A stretch of 64,000 bases of DNA from Squalus acanthias (taxonomy: Eukaryota): positions 75,270,001 to 75,334,000 of the forward strand of contig CM059432.1 of NCBI GenBank assembly GCA_030390025.1. The letters are read 5' to 3'. Made by a program: the position numbers and the translations under genes. Positions within the stretch are counted from its first letter, which is position 1, and every line of letters begins with the position of its first letter. The notes beneath the pieces are model-generated. The model was not told where the DNA came from, did not search any database, and worked only from the letters and a program-made list of their open reading frames with translations. Shown here in pieces: positions 26,000 through 39,479 of this stretch.

Positions 26000-26190
26000 T
26001 TGTTTCTTCCTCTCTTGAAGGTGTTGACTGATTTTGAGGTATTGTTCCATGGGTGCTGGCCACCTTCTGCTACCTCACCCAAGTGCCCATTCTTCATGGC
26101 GAGGATCACAGCTGAGCCTAATGCTATCCTATCCCAATGTCCACACATATTCACTTTCCAGCAGGAGTTACTCGATAATGAACACAGACT
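26000..26190 (-). repeat. Old interspersed repeat, probably a SINE (related copies near 41790-42190, 53400-53690 and 56050-56440)
   Basis: Shared motifs CTCTCYTGAAGG, CACCCAAGTG.CCATTC, GTCCTCACC...GTCCACAC and TTCCAGCAGG. Family not identified. Confidence 0.5.
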
Positions 26191-26856
26191 CAGCCCCTCT
26201 CCACTATACCTCAAGAAAATAATAATAAAATAATATACTTGCATTTATGTGGCATCTTAAAATGTTTTTACACAATGAATTGATTTTTGTAGTACAGTGA
26301 CTGTGATATACGAAATAATGGGATATTGCCAAGCATTAGAAATAGATCCATCATGAGAGGTGCACCATGAGACTAACAGGGAGTTGGGGTGTTGACTTAC
26401 TACTAGGATGATAAGCAATTGGACGCCGCCCTTTAGACAACCAAATATAAAACAAAAATTGAATTAATAAAAAAAGGAAATGATGCCTTTAGATCACTGC
26501 ATAGGAGTTTGAATTCTCTTTTGGAAGAGAAAAAGTTATACTTTTGTGCATATTGCAACATATATTACATTGCTACACAAAAGTGTATTACATTGCTGCA
26601 CAAAAGTATAGAGAGAATAAATCTATGCCTAGATAATTATGGTCTTTTGCCTCGCTTGAAAGATGCTGTACCTTCAATGTTGAGATCAGTCCAAGCGCTG
26701 ATGTGCTATAAAACGCTAACTCCCTCGACTTAGTATTCAATTCTTGTCTGTATTACTTAGATTAACCTGCTGTCATTTTTCTATCTAAAATTGATCATGT
26801 TAAACATTTACAAATACAAGAACAGGGAACAAAAAGATGACTGGTATTACAGAATA

Positions 26857-27572
26857 CAGGTTGTCAGAGTATTTCCTAAATGGTGAAAGATTGGGGAATG
26901 CAGATGCTCAAAGGGACCTGGGTGTCCTTGTACATGAGTCACTGAAAGTGAATGTGCAGGTGCAGCAAGCCATTAGGAAGGCAAATGGTATGCTGGCCTT
27001 CATTACAAGAGGATTTGAGTACAGGAGTAAAGAAGTCTTACTCCAATTATATAGGGCCTTGGTGAGACCACACCTGGAGTACTGTGTACAATTTTGGTCT
27101 CCTTACCTAGGGAAGGATATACTTGCCACAGAGGGAGTGCAACGAAGGTTCATGAGATTGATTCCTGGGATGGCGGGACTGTCGTAGGAGAAGAGATTGA
27201 GTAAACTAGGCCTGTATTCTCTTGAATTCAGAAGAATGAGAGGGGATCTCATTGAAGCATACAAAATTATTACAGGGTTTGATAGGGTGGATGCTGGGAG
27301 AATGTTTCCCTTGGCTGGGGAGTCTAGAACCAGGGGCCACAGCCTCAGGATAAAGGTAGGCCATTCAGGACTGAGATGAGAAGAAATTTCTTCACACAGA
27401 GGGTGGTGAATCTTTGGAATTCTCTACCACAGAGGGCTTTGGAGGCTCAGTCATTGGATATATTCAAAACAGAAGTCGATAGATTTCTGACTAGTAAGGG
27501 CATCAAGGGATATGGCGATAGGGCTGGTGAATGAAGTTGAGGCAGAAGATCAGCCATGATCTCATTGAATGG
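26857..27572 (+). mobile_element. CR1 LINE 3' fragment
   Basis: RDLGVLV...LVRPHLEYCVQFWSP...GLYSLEFRRMRGDLIE; ends in TTCTTATGTTCTTATG. Confidence 0.9.
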
Positions 27573-27802
27573 CGGAGCAGGCTCGAAGAGCCGAATGGTC
27601 TACTCCTGCTCCTATTTCTTATGTTCTTATGAAGACAGCGTTAACTTTTGCTGTGGTGTCCTAAACAGTTGATTAGGGTTCCAGCACTCACTATCCAGGT
27701 TCACAAATAAAGAATGACCACTTGGAAAAGGGCTAAATGGTAATACATCAATATTTATTAAAATTGTCCTCAAAGGGCATGAAACAATGTTTTCATCTTA
27801 AT

Positions 27803-28548
27803 GGGCCGGATTTTCCGATCAGGCGGCTTCCTGCGTGCGGATGCCTCCGATCTGGAAAAATCTACGAACTTACCTGCTGGCTCCGTAGGTCCCGACACCT
27901 TCGCTCCTGGGCCTCTCCCGGTGCGCACGCGCAGAGGCCCAGGTATCCCAGGGGCGCAGGCAGTTCGCAAGCGTCCCTGGGATCACATGGGCCATGGGGA
28001 ACCAATCAAAGAAGGGAAACCCCCTTCACATTTTTGACAGTTCTCTCTGCATAGACCTGTCAAAAGTATGAATGGGGATCACTCAAAAAACACATTAAAA
28101 CATTAAATAATTTTTTTTTAAATCACGTATTTCAAATTAGTTAAAATTACATTAAATTAAATATTTTAAACATAAATTTAATTTTTTGAAAAAATAATTA
28201 AAGTTTTTTACGGGGCTAAAAATAAACTTACCTTTTTAAAAGTATTTTTAAATTATAAATGAATGGAAAAAAATTATTTTAAAAACTTTTTTAAGCTCTT
28301 ATGCTGGTAAAAGCAGGCGTAAGATTTTTAAAGGTTTTCAGCGGACGGAGGTTGTATAGAATGCGGAACTCTCCACCCGCGGAGGCCCTTCTCCAAGGCA
28401 GGCGGAGGATCTGTCAAGAGGATTCTTGAAGATCGGAAGTGCCGGGTTTTAGCGCATGCGCTTCGCATGCCTGAAACCAGCACTTGCGAGGCCCCTACGG
28501 GCGCGTACACACCTCGTACGCACCCGTGGGGGTCGGAAAATACAGGCC
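27803..28548 (+). mobile_element. Harbinger-type MITE
   Basis: Ends GGGCCGGATTTT / AAAATACAGGCC with an AAT TSD. GC-rich arms surround an AT-rich core. Confidence 0.8.
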
Positions 28549-28602
28549 AATATATTTTGATACTAAGAGGCAGGCTCAAGTTACACCGTAAAGTTACATA
28601 AT

Positions 28603-30082
28603 GGGCCGTATTTTGCGACCCTTACGGGTGCGTACGAGGTGCGCACGCGCCCGTAGGGACCACGCAAGTTCCGGGTTTAGGCATGCGAAGTGCATGTGCT
28701 GAAACCCGGCACTTGCGATCTGTCAAGAATCTTCTTGACAGATCCTCCACATCCCCAGGAAAAGGGCCTCTGCAGGTGGAGAGTTGTGCTATTTGCCCAA
28801 CCTCTGCCCGCTGAAACGCCATGGAATTCTTACGCCTGGTAAAAGCAAGAGTAAGGCCTGCTTTTACCAACATAAGAGTTTTAAAAAATAGAAAAATAAA
28901 ATTTTAGCACTCACTTATACATTAAAAACCCTGTCCAATCAGGTAAGTTTATTTTTAGCCCTGTTAAAACATATAGGGGGAAAAATTTGGTTGCTTTGCT
29001 CCTCCCGTTAACGCCCCGGTAGCGCCCCAGACCGGATATTGAGTAGCACCCCCTGCTTTTCCGCCTGCCGCTAGCAACGACAGGTAGAGGGGAGCGTTTT
29101 GCAGTCGGGAAGGGACTGGGGGAGCGCTATTTAAACGCGGCCGCTTCCTGCCATTTTTGGTCGGCGACAATTTTGCACCACGCATTCTGAGAGAGAGAGA
29201 GAGACTTCTGGAGAGATTCAATGCTGTGTGAAGGAGTTTTGGGTGACTGAGCAGCACTTTGCAGGTTCATTTTGATTTGACCTTCCTTGCATTGATTTAG
29301 AAGAGACTATGGGGGCTGCACTCTGAGCTCTTTCCCTGGGCCTCTCCATTGTTCTTTCCAGCAGAATTGATGTCCAGGTGTCTCCAGGCCAAGATTCAAG
29401 GCTGCAATGAGCAGGATGTGGATGGAGAGCAAGATCGACCCTCCCCTTTAAGAACTGGCCGGTGCCATTGTGTCTGTGTTCCATCGCTAACTGACATCAC
29501 ATGAGCTTCGCCAGCGCTCTGAGGTAGCGCCTCGCTCCTCGGTGTTAGAGCCTCAAGAGAGGTGTGTAGCGCCTGATTTAGTGCTCCAATCACCTCCAGG
29601 GGCGATAGAAACCAAGTTTGCAGTCGGAGGCGATAATTAGCGCCAGATGATAAACTTTGCGCCCGGCCTGATAATTGCACCCCAAACGGGGCGATACCGA
29701 ATTTCTCCCCATAAATATTTTTTTCAAAAAATTAAATTTTTGTTTAAAATATTTAATTAAATGCCATTTTAATTAATTTTATATATGTAATTAAAAAAAT
29801 GATTTCATGTGTTCGTGTATTTTTTAATCATCTCCATTCATACTTTTGACAGTTCCGTACGTATAGATTCCCTTCTTTCATTGGTTGGGCTGGCCCACTC
29901 GATCCCAGGGGCGCTTGCAAAATGGATGCGCCCCTGGGATACGTGGGCCTTTACGCATTTCAACCAGGAGAGGCCCAGGATTGCAAGCCTCTGTATCTCC
30001 CGGACCACCAGGTAAATGCGTAAAAAATTTGATGATCGGAGGCATCCGCCCGCGGGAAGCCTCCGATCGCAAATTCAGGCCC
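28603..30082 (-). mobile_element. Same-family MITE in inverted orientation, with element E nested inside
   Basis: Ends GGGCCGTATTTT / AAATTCAGGCCC with an AAT TSD. Reverse-complement homology to 27803-28548. Confidence 0.8.
28976..29710. mobile_element. Short non-autonomous derivative of the C/D Harbinger family (E)
   Basis: GGGGGAAAAATT / AATTTCTCCCC ends with an ATA TSD. 29320-29710 matches the reverse complement of 16225-16612, and the left part resembles the reverse complement of 22250-22613. Confidence 0.85.
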
Positions 30083-30649
30083 AATATAATAGCATAAGGG
30101 CAGGATAAGGAGCTGGAACCTAATGGGTGGAAAAGTCCCCAAATTTATGGTGCCATTCTTTGTGTTGATGCGCAACAGTTTTGGCTGTGCATCAACACAA
30201 AAGTGGCAGCATATTTCTGGTGTGAGGTCTCAATCTGACTCCAGAATGCACTGAAGACAAGTATTATGAAACCCTCTTATAGTGGCCATTTCAAATTGCT
30301 TGGGCCTGACACTAAAAACTTCAGTGGGGTCTCAAGCCAGGTTTACAAAGTTGTCAGATGAGCCAGCGGACCTCAGGCCTTTTATAAATTTACTGCGGAA
30401 TCTGTATTATTTGGAAAAGCAGTAATTCAGGTTTGTGCCCTCAATACATTAAATATTTGCTACCCAGAATGCAGAGCTTTGTGTTATGTATGTGAGCATT
30501 TATGCACAGAACCATTTCCTGGTCGGCACCATTTAATTTGTAGCCAGGCAATATAACAGGGGTTATGCTGGATCCTTGTCACACTCTGCAGCTAATATAA
30601 CTGCAGCCTTGGAGAGAGTCACTACTTCCAGTCTCCCCATTATAGAGAA

Positions 30650-31285
30650 TCTTCTTCTTAGGCAGTCCCTCGGAACCGAGGATGACTTGCTTCCACACTA
30701 AAAATGAGTTCTCAGGTGACTGATGAGTCCAATGCGGGACCTACAGTCTCTGTCACAGGTGGGGCAGATGGTGGTTGAAGGGGCGGGTGGGTGGGGTGCT
30801 TGGGTTGACATGCGCTCCTTCCGCTGTTTGCGCTTGGCTTCCGCTTGCTCCTGGCGAAGAGACTCGAGGTGTTCGGCGCCTTCCCGGATGCTTCTCCTCC
30901 ACTTTGTGCGGTCTTGGGCCAGGGATTCCCAGGTGTCGGTGGGGGTGTTGCACTTTTTCAAGGAGGCTTTGAGGGTGTCCTTGAAGCATTTCCTCTGCCC
31001 ACCTAGGGCTCTCTTGCCATGTCGGAGCTCCGAGTAGAGCGCTTGCTTTGGGAGTCTCGTATCGGGCATGCGGACGATGTGGCCCGTCCATCGGAGCTGA
31101 TCGAGCGTGGTCAAAGCTTCGATGCTGGGGATGTTGGCCTGAGCGACAACACTGACGTCGGTGCGCCTATCCTGCCAATGGATTTGCAGGATCTTGCGGA
31201 GGCAGCGTTGGTGGTACCTCTCCAGTGCTTTGAGGTGCCTGCTGTACATGGTCCATGTCTCTGAAGCATACAGGAGGGCGGGTAT
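30650..31285 (-). mobile_element. RTE-clade LINE 3' fragment
   Basis: LLYASETWT...QLRWTGHIVRMPDTRLPKQ with a terminal CPTC..H..H zinc finger, short 3' UTR and (GAA)n tail. Confidence 0.88.
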
Positions 31286-31799
31286 ATGGAATAGCCCTTT
31301 TGACGCAGAATTCAGTCCAGCATACTTGGGCCACATGTTTATTGTATTAAAGCCTCATCAGCAGCAACATTTTACCACAGAGAAATATCTATATATCAAG
31401 ATCCCACATTTGGATGACCACGAGTGCAAACAAATTTACAGTTTTCTATTATTTACATGGTGACAGATTGGAATTCGCAATACACATCTATAGGTAACAG
31501 ATTGCTTGTTGGGAATTTGAGGGAGTGGAACTTACAAGGTAATGAAATGCAACCTATAAATAGGCCCGCAGATACTCTGATTTACTTCAATTCCATTCCT
31601 TCCAATCCAACTACAATACACGTGGATCAAATTTAAGCATGTTTATTAAACATACCTCTGCTTTCACTGGAATATTTACCTCGAGTCAAATTTACTACCT
31701 TTAAAACATCCTCTAAGGCTTGCTTCTAGACCTGGGAAGTGTCTATTGAGTTGTGTTCCACTGCTATTAACTCAATCTTTCTCAGTACCCCTTTAAGAT

Positions 31800-32310
31800 T
31801 TAAGCACATAATCTAGGCTGACACTTCAATGCAGTACTGTGGAAGTGCTGCATTGTCAGAGGCACTGTTCTTAAGATGAGAAGTTAAATTGAGGCCCTGT
31901 CAGCCTCTTTTTGTGGTTCAGATGGAGGTTCAAGATCTCATGGTTCTACTTGAAGAAGAGTAAGGAGTTCTCACCAACATTCCTCTCTCAATAACCCACC
32001 AAAAACAGAGTAACAGTTCATTCATCCAAATGTGGGATCTTGATGTGCACATTACAAAGTATTACAAAGTATTTGCAGCACAGAAACAAGCCATTCAGCC
32101 CAACAGATCCATGCCAGTGTTTATGCTCCACACGAGCCTCCTCCCACACTTCTTTATCTAACACCATCAACATATCCTTCTACTCTTCATATTAGCTGCT
32201 GTGTTTGCCTACGTAAACATTTGCTCCACTTCAAAGTAATTGATTGTATGTGAAACAAGTTGGGACGTTTCTGAAAGATGTGATAAGGCAATGTATAAAT
32301 GCAAGTCTGT
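31800..32310 (+). mobile_element. Deu-domain SINE (SacSINE1/AmnSINE-like) with an L2-type tail; related pieces at 36200-36365 (-), 37215-37640 and 53700-53990
   Basis: GATGAGA.GTTAAA..GAGGCCC and GATCYCA.....CTA.TT.AAGAAGAG..GG motifs recalled from DeuSINEs; the tail resembles the local L2 3' ends. Confidence 0.6.
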
Positions 32311-32609
32311 TTCATTCAATCAATCAAGTTGGGTTTTGATTGATTAAAAGCTGACTATAGGCAACTCAAGGGAGGGCGAAGTTGGAATGACAAATAATAT
32401 TTTTTCAGTTAGCTCGACCATTCTTCTCCTCCTTGTAGTTATATGATGCTTTCTTACTTTATGAATTAAAAAATAAGTTATCTTTGTTGTGCAGGAATGA
32501 TGAACAATATTCAACCGACTCCTTCTATAAAGGTGGGATAGAAAAAGCACTGTTGAGAATGCATAGGGGGCATTTTATCTCTCACAATCTTCTAAATAAA
32601 ATACATCAT

Positions 32610-34200
32610 GTATGTACTGTATTTATCAGGGAGACAGAACAGGCAGACGTGACATCGTATGATGAGGTTAGAAATGAGATAACTGCATTTAAAATAAAAA
32701 GAGGAGAAATATTAAATAAACTAATCAAACTCAAAGAGGAGAAAACCCCTGGTCCGGACGGATTACATCCGCGCATTTTAAAAGAATCTAGGGAAGAGAT
32801 AGCAAAGGCATTACTACACATATTTAATAATTCGTTAGAATAAGGTGTAGTGCCAGAGGACTGGCGGATAGCTAACATAGTACCTATATTTACGAAGGGA
32901 GATAGAACATGTTCAGGGAACTATAGACCAGTCAGCTTAACATTGGTGGTAGGAAAAATAATGGAATCCCTACTAAAGGAGAAAATAGAAGAACATCTAG
33001 AAACCAAAAATATAATAATGAATAGTCAGCATGGATTTCAAAAGGGAACGTCTTGCTTGACCAACCTCATTGAATTTTTTGAAGAGGTAACAGGGAGAGT
33101 AGACAAGGGTAATGTAGTAGATGTAATTTATCTAGATTTTCAAAAGGCCTTCGATAAGGTACCACATAATAGACTAATGAATAAGGTCAGAGCATACGGA
33201 GTCAGGGGACAAGTAGCAGAATGGATAACTAGCTGGCTTCAAGACAGAAAACAGAGAGTTGGGGTAAAGGGTAGCTAATCAGAGTGGCAGAAGGTGGGAA
33301 GTGGTGTTCCACAAGGATCAGTGCTGGGACCACTGCTATTCACAATTTAAATTAATGATTTAGACCTTGGAATCAAAAACACAGTTTCTAAATTTGCAGA
33401 TGACACCAAATTGGGGTGGCGGGGGTGGGGGGGGGGGATAGTCAATACTGAGGAGGACTGCAACAAATTACAAGAAGACATTAATAAATTTGAAGACTGG
33501 ACATATCTTCAATGAAATTCAACACAGATAAATGTGAGGTATTACATTTTGGTAAGAAAAATAAGGAGGTCACTTATTACTTGGAAAATACGAATCTAAG
33601 TGGGGTAGAAGAGCAAAGGGATCTCAGAGTACAAATACACAACTCACTGAAAGTAGCGATGCAGGTTAACAAGGCCATAAAAAAGCAAACTAAGCACTAG
33701 GGTTTATTTCTAGAGGGATTGAACTGAAAAGTAGAGAAGTTATGCTAAACTTGTATCGAACCTTGGTTAGACCACACTTGGAGTACTGCGTACAATTCTG
33801 GTTGCCATATTATAAAAAGGATATAGAGGCACTGGAAAAAAGATTTACAAGGATGATACCAGAAATGCGAGGGTATACCTATCAGGAAAGGATGAACAGG
33901 ATGGGTCTCTTTTCTCTTGAAAATAGGAGGCTGAGGGGGTGACCTAATAGAGGTTTTTAAAATTATAAAAGGTTTTGGTAGAGTAGATACAGAGAGAATG
34001 TTTCCACTTGTGGGGAAGAGCAAAACTAGAGTCCATCAATATAAGATAGCCACCAAGAAATCAAAAAGGGAATTCAGACGGAACTTCTTTACCCAGAGAG
34101 TGGTGAGAATGTGGAAATCGAGTGCAGCATAAACGCTGGCATGGACTGGTTGGGCCAAATGGATTGTTTCTGTGCTGTATATTCTATGTAATCCTATGTA
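32610..34200 (+). mobile_element. CR1 LINE fragment
   Basis: PGPDGLHPRILKE, GNYRPVSLT, YLDFQKAFDKV and LVRPHLEYCVQFW, with stops. Confidence 0.9.
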
Positions 34201-34202
34201 CT

Positions 34203-34361
34203 GGGCAGAGGTGAAATTCCTCTTTTAACAATTTTTCTCTTAAATAACTGCCTGTGAATGAAACATCAGAAGCACTAAAGCTTGAACCATGATTTTGTCA
34301 GCAGTTTGTTAATTATGGAGAAAATTTAATTTTTGTTAAAAGAGGAATTTCACCGCTGCCC
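34203..34361. mobile_element. Small MITE-like element with 29-bp inverted arms
   Basis: 34203-34231 matches the reverse complement of 34333-34361 at 28 of 29 positions. Confidence 0.65.
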
Positions 34362-34694
34362 CACTCTCAAATTTCTAAGTTGGGTGAAATTTTGTACTTT
34401 CCAAGCTGACCCAAAATTGGTTTTATGTTCATCTTGTCCAGAACAGTAGAACCAGAGGACACAGCCTTTGCTTGAAGGAGGGTAAATTCAAAACTCATCC
34501 GTTGAGATTGGGTGCAATACTGGTTTTACATTGAAGTCAATGGAGTGTAATACTGGGCAGGGTATAAAACTGGCATTCCACCCAATCTCATGGGTTTCCC
34601 GCCCAGCGAGTAAGATTAAAATTCCCCCCCATTATTTCAGTGAGCGAGTAGTAAATCTATGGAACAAGCCTCATAGGGAGATGGTGGAAGCAGA

Positions 34695-35630
34695 GGGTTG
34701 AATTTTGCCAGCGCTCAGAGGGCGGGTTCAGAGGCGGGTCCGCTGTCAAATTCTAAAAGATTGACAGCGTGTTGGGATCCCTTTCTGAATCTACCTCCAT
34801 CTCAGGTTCCCAAGTGCGGACTCTGCCTGTGCTTTGCAGACCCGGCACTAAGCGACGGGTCAGGCAATTAAGATAGTTAAGAAGCTGCTTAAAGGTATTT
34901 AAGCAGCATTTTACCAGGTCATAACGATTTTTCCATTTTTTTACAAGGTTCCCAGCGCTCGGGGATCACATCAGGTAAGTGTGTTGGGTTCTCAATGACT
35001 CTCCATTGCTGTGAATAGTTGACAGCTGCAAAAGTGGTATAAAAGCTACCATTTCACAGCTGTTCAATTTCCAGTCTTAGAAACTGGAGCCTTAAGGATT
35101 CGGAATACACTTTTCAGCTTTATGGAGGTTTGAAGTGTTTGGAGCAAACTCTCTATCCAGTGTCACCTCCTTGGAGCAACCTGCCTCACCATTGACAGAT
35201 CGCTTCTGTCATCTCAACTTCAGCTGCCATTTATTCTATCAGCATCGGTGCCCTTGAAAAAATCTCACCTTGGTCCTCTGAATCCCACCACAGCCCCAAC
35301 ACCAACATCACCAGGCACACCAGCAGCACCAACAACAACATCAACCTTCTCCGCAATCAACTGATGCTGCACAGGACACAGGGCATCAGGACCCGACCAC
35401 ATTGTGCCTGGGACGCCAGCGATGGCCTCACCATGGCCAGATTTACTTCACTTGACGCTGTACACCCTGGCTGCCACATGATACGCCAGGTTGGCACCAT
35501 CCCACACCAACACCATAAAGCATCCCAACAATGTCCAAGCCATTCCTTTCACACGCATCACCATTGCGGGGGGGGGGGGGGGTGGGTACCCTTATATCTC
35601 ACCATTCACTGCAGCTCACTAAGATACTGA
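34695..35630. mobile_element. Truncated family-A-like Harbinger derivative
   Basis: 35020-35625 aligns with 3385-3982. Left end GGGTTGAATTTT. Cut off by a CR1. Confidence 0.7.
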
Positions 35631-35639
35631 TGACGCATC

Positions 35640-36105
35640 CAGTTAGGTCACCACACTTTAGGAAGGATGTGAAGGCACTTGAGAGGGTGCAGAGGAGATT
35701 TACCAGAATGGTTCCGGGGATGGGGGATCTTAGCTACAAGGACAGGTTGGAGAAGCTGGATTTGTTTTCATTAGAGCAAAGGAGGTTGAGGGGTGATTTG
35801 ATAGAGGTGTACAAGATTATGATGGGTTTGGATAGGCTAGACGGGGAAAGGCTGTTCCCACTAGTTGATGGTACAAGGACTAGGGGACACAGATTTAAGG
35901 TTTTGGGCAAGAGATACAGGGGGATGTGAGGAAAATCTTTTTTACGCAGCGAGTGGTGAGGACCTGGAACTCACTGCTGATAGAAGTGGTGGACATGGAC
36001 ACACTCAATGTTTTCAAAGGGAGACTGGTTAGGCACTTGAGGGAAATAAACTTGCAGGGTTATGGGGATAGAGCGGGGGGAATGGGACTGACTGGATTGC
36101 TCCTT
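35640..36105 (+). mobile_element. CR1 LINE 3' fragment
   Basis: LERVQRRFTRMVPG...LFSLEQRRLRGDLIEVYK. Confidence 0.88.
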
Positions 36106-38022
36106 CTGTGCCGTTATGACTCTATGACTATGACAGTGCTATCATTGTAGCAAATACATTTTATATGTACAGTAAATGGCAATAGAAATAACATGGCAGT
36201 AACGGGCTTGCATTTATATAGTGCTTTTCATGACCTCAGAACATCAAAAAGCACTTTACAGCCAATTAAATACTTTTGATGTGTAGCCACTGTTGTAATG
36301 TAGGCAAAACGTGGTGGCCAATTTGCGCACAGCAAGGTCCCACAAACAGCAATGAGATAAATGAACCACATAGCCATAGGCCACCACATAAGTTTTCGTA
36401 CTCGATTTTTATTTCCAAAAAATTGATTAACTGCATAGATCTGATCTTCAACAGTTGTAACTGGTACTAGGCTATACATTAGCAGATAATTATTGGAATT
36501 TTTTGTCAATTTTTGTACATTAGTTGAATAGTGTGAGGATGTAATTTGAGACAAATACAGCAATGGCATATGTATCATGATGTTGACCAAGGTGTTTCAG
36601 TAAAGTGCAATTGATAGTATTTTGGCAACAGACAACACGAGCATTGTCATGGTCTAATGTGTAGTCTAACAATTATCATTTAGCAACTAATAGTAGGTTT
36701 GAATGAAAGATTTTGTAAACAAAGAACTTACAGTGCATTCTGAGTACCAATGCCTACAGAATTGAAAGCACCTTGGTCAGTGTTACATTCAGAGAAAGGG
36801 GGCAAATCATTGATGTTCTGAGGAAAAAGAGCCGTATGAGTCGTGCACAATGTTCATCGTGAATATATTACACACATGACCACAATGATGGTTCTATATA
36901 ATGTTATGATGTTGTTTGTCATTGTGTTGTATATTGGTAAAAAAAGGAAAAACATTTGCTGAACACTTTGGTGTGCCGAAGATACCCTTGGTCTTAAACC
37001 GATTGCTACCATCAACGGACTGTAACACCTTCCTTGGGTTAGGGTGGTGCACTCTAAGGAAGTGATGCTACCTTATTCACCAAGTACATTAAAATTCAGT
37101 TTATCCAAAACAACACTTTTTTGTAATTATCTTGTCAAAAATATTGTCTTAATTCTCATCTGCTTTATATGTGACACATTCTTTTGATGGCCACAAATGT
37201 CAGATTAGTTCAGATGGTAGAACTCTCACTTTGAGTTAGTTGTGGGATCACGTCTCATTCCAAGACTTGAGTACATATGTTAGGCTGATCATTCAGTTTC
37301 AGTTCAGTACTGAGGATGTGCTGTGTTACTTGAAGTACTGACTTTCAGATGAGATGTTTAACTCATACAAAAGCAAAATACTGCAGATGCTGGACATCTG
37401 AAATAAAAACAGAAAATGCTGGAAATACTCAGCAGGTCAGGCTGGTTTCCACAGATGCTGCCTGACCTGCTGAGTATTTCCAGATGTTTATCTGAGGTCG
37501 GTATGCCTATTCAGGTCGCTGTAAAAAAAAACATTTTATCATTGGAGCAAGAGGAGGGTGTTCTCCCAACAAACTGGTTATTGCTGTGTGGGATCGTGCT
37601 GTGTGCAAACTGGCCGTTGCGTTTGCCTACATAACAATAACTTATATTTATATCACACCTTTAACGTAGAAAACCATCTCAACGGCAAGGGAAATGTTTT
37701 GGATGTGAAGAATGATATGATGTACGGAGGATGTGATAAGATGCTTTCCTTCTTTCGCATTAATCCGATGGTCCGACCTCGATTAATAGGTGCTAGAATC
37801 TGGCTTCCTCTTACTGGGGTCTCACTGCGGACAACATGAGGCAAGTACTAACATGTCTCAATTTACAATCTCCCTGTTTTCATCAACACACACTCAAACA
37901 GAGTGTAGAGCAGCACTGCTCCCAACAGGAAGACCTCGCCTGTAAGCCGCTGGAGTATTGCAATAAGTTCAGAACTTTACTAACCTGCTTTATTATTTCC
38001 TGTAACAATACTTAAGGCTCTC

Positions 38023-38999
38023 AACGTATTAGGCCCAACCATCTTCAGCTGCTTTATCAATGACCTTCCCTCCATCATAAGGTCAGAAGTGGGGATGTTC
38101 GCTGATGATAGCACAGTGTTTAGTGCCATTTGCAACTCCTCAGATAATGAAGCAGTCCATGCCCGCATGCAGCAAGACCTAGATGACATTCAGGCTTGGG
38201 CTGATAAGTGGTAGGTAACATTCGTGCCACACAAGTGCCAGGCAATGACTATCTCCAACAAGTGAGCATCTAACCACCGCCTCTTGACATTCAACGGCAT
38301 TACCATCGCCGAATCCCCCACCATCAATATCCTGGGCATCACCATTGACCAGAAACATAACGGGACCAGCCACGTAAATACTGTGGCAACAAGAGCAGGT
38401 CAGAGGCTGGGTATTCTGCAGCAAGTGTCTCACTGCCTGACTCCCCAAAGCCTTTCCACCATCTACAGGACACAAGTCAGGAGTGTGATGGAATACTCTC
38501 CACTTGCCTGGATGAGTGCAGCTCCAACAACACTCAAGAAGCTCGACACCATCCAAGACAAAGCAGCCCGCTTGATTGGCACCCCATCCATCATCTTAAA
38601 CATTCACTTCCTCCACCACCGGCGTACCGTGGCTGCAGTGTGTACCATCTACAAGATGCACTGCAGCAACTCGCCAAGGATTCTTCGGCAGCACCTCCCA
38701 AACCCGCGACCTCTACCACCTAGAAGGACAAAGGCAGCAGGCGCATGGGAACACCATCACCTCCAAGTTCCCCTCCAAGTCACACACCATCCTGACTTAG
38801 AAGTATATCGCAGTTCCTTCATGGTCGCTGGGTCAAAATCCTGGAACTCCCTACCTAACAGCACTGTGGGAGTACCTTCACCACATCGACTGCAGCGGTT
38901 CAAGAAGGTGGCTCACCACCACCTTCTCAAGGGCAATTAGGGATGGGCAATAAATGCTGGTCTTGCCAGCGACACCTACATCCCATGAACGAATAAAGA
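38023..38999 (+). mobile_element. Non-LTR retrotransposon 3' fragment (CR1/L2 group, distinct family)
   Basis: LGPTIFSCFINDLP, FADDS, and ORF 38284-38940 (LSTIYRTQVRSVMEYS...WNSLP). A-rich tail. Confidence 0.85.
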
Positions 39000-39479
39000 A
39001 TACATTCTGTAGATTCTCTGTGTGATTTTTGATTCCCGCGGATTGAGCGGCGGAGGGGTCAGAATAAGCACCGGGTTGTGGAAGGGAGCTCCCGACAGTC
39101 GTTAACATCCACTTGATCGAGAACATTTATAAACCAGCGTCACTGGAACTATCACCTCCTTAGGTCTGTATTAAACTAGTCCTTGAAGCTTCCCCTGCGT
39201 TATACTCTATTTACATTTCTGAACCAATTGCCACTTAAATGGAAATGGTTGAGCAGCTGCCAATCTATCACAACCGATCATTGTTGCAGTGTTCCCTTAG
39301 TCATGATGCCTAACATTAGCCAGCACCCTACATGACATCAAATCCTTCTCCCCATCCCGTCCTTCCACAAGTTATCAACTACTCCCCATCCTCAATTCTC
39401 AATATTTTCCTAATCGGCTCTCCCCAAGAATCTCCCGACACTTCCCAACCCCGCGTTACACTGACCCCTCTGCTTTTCC

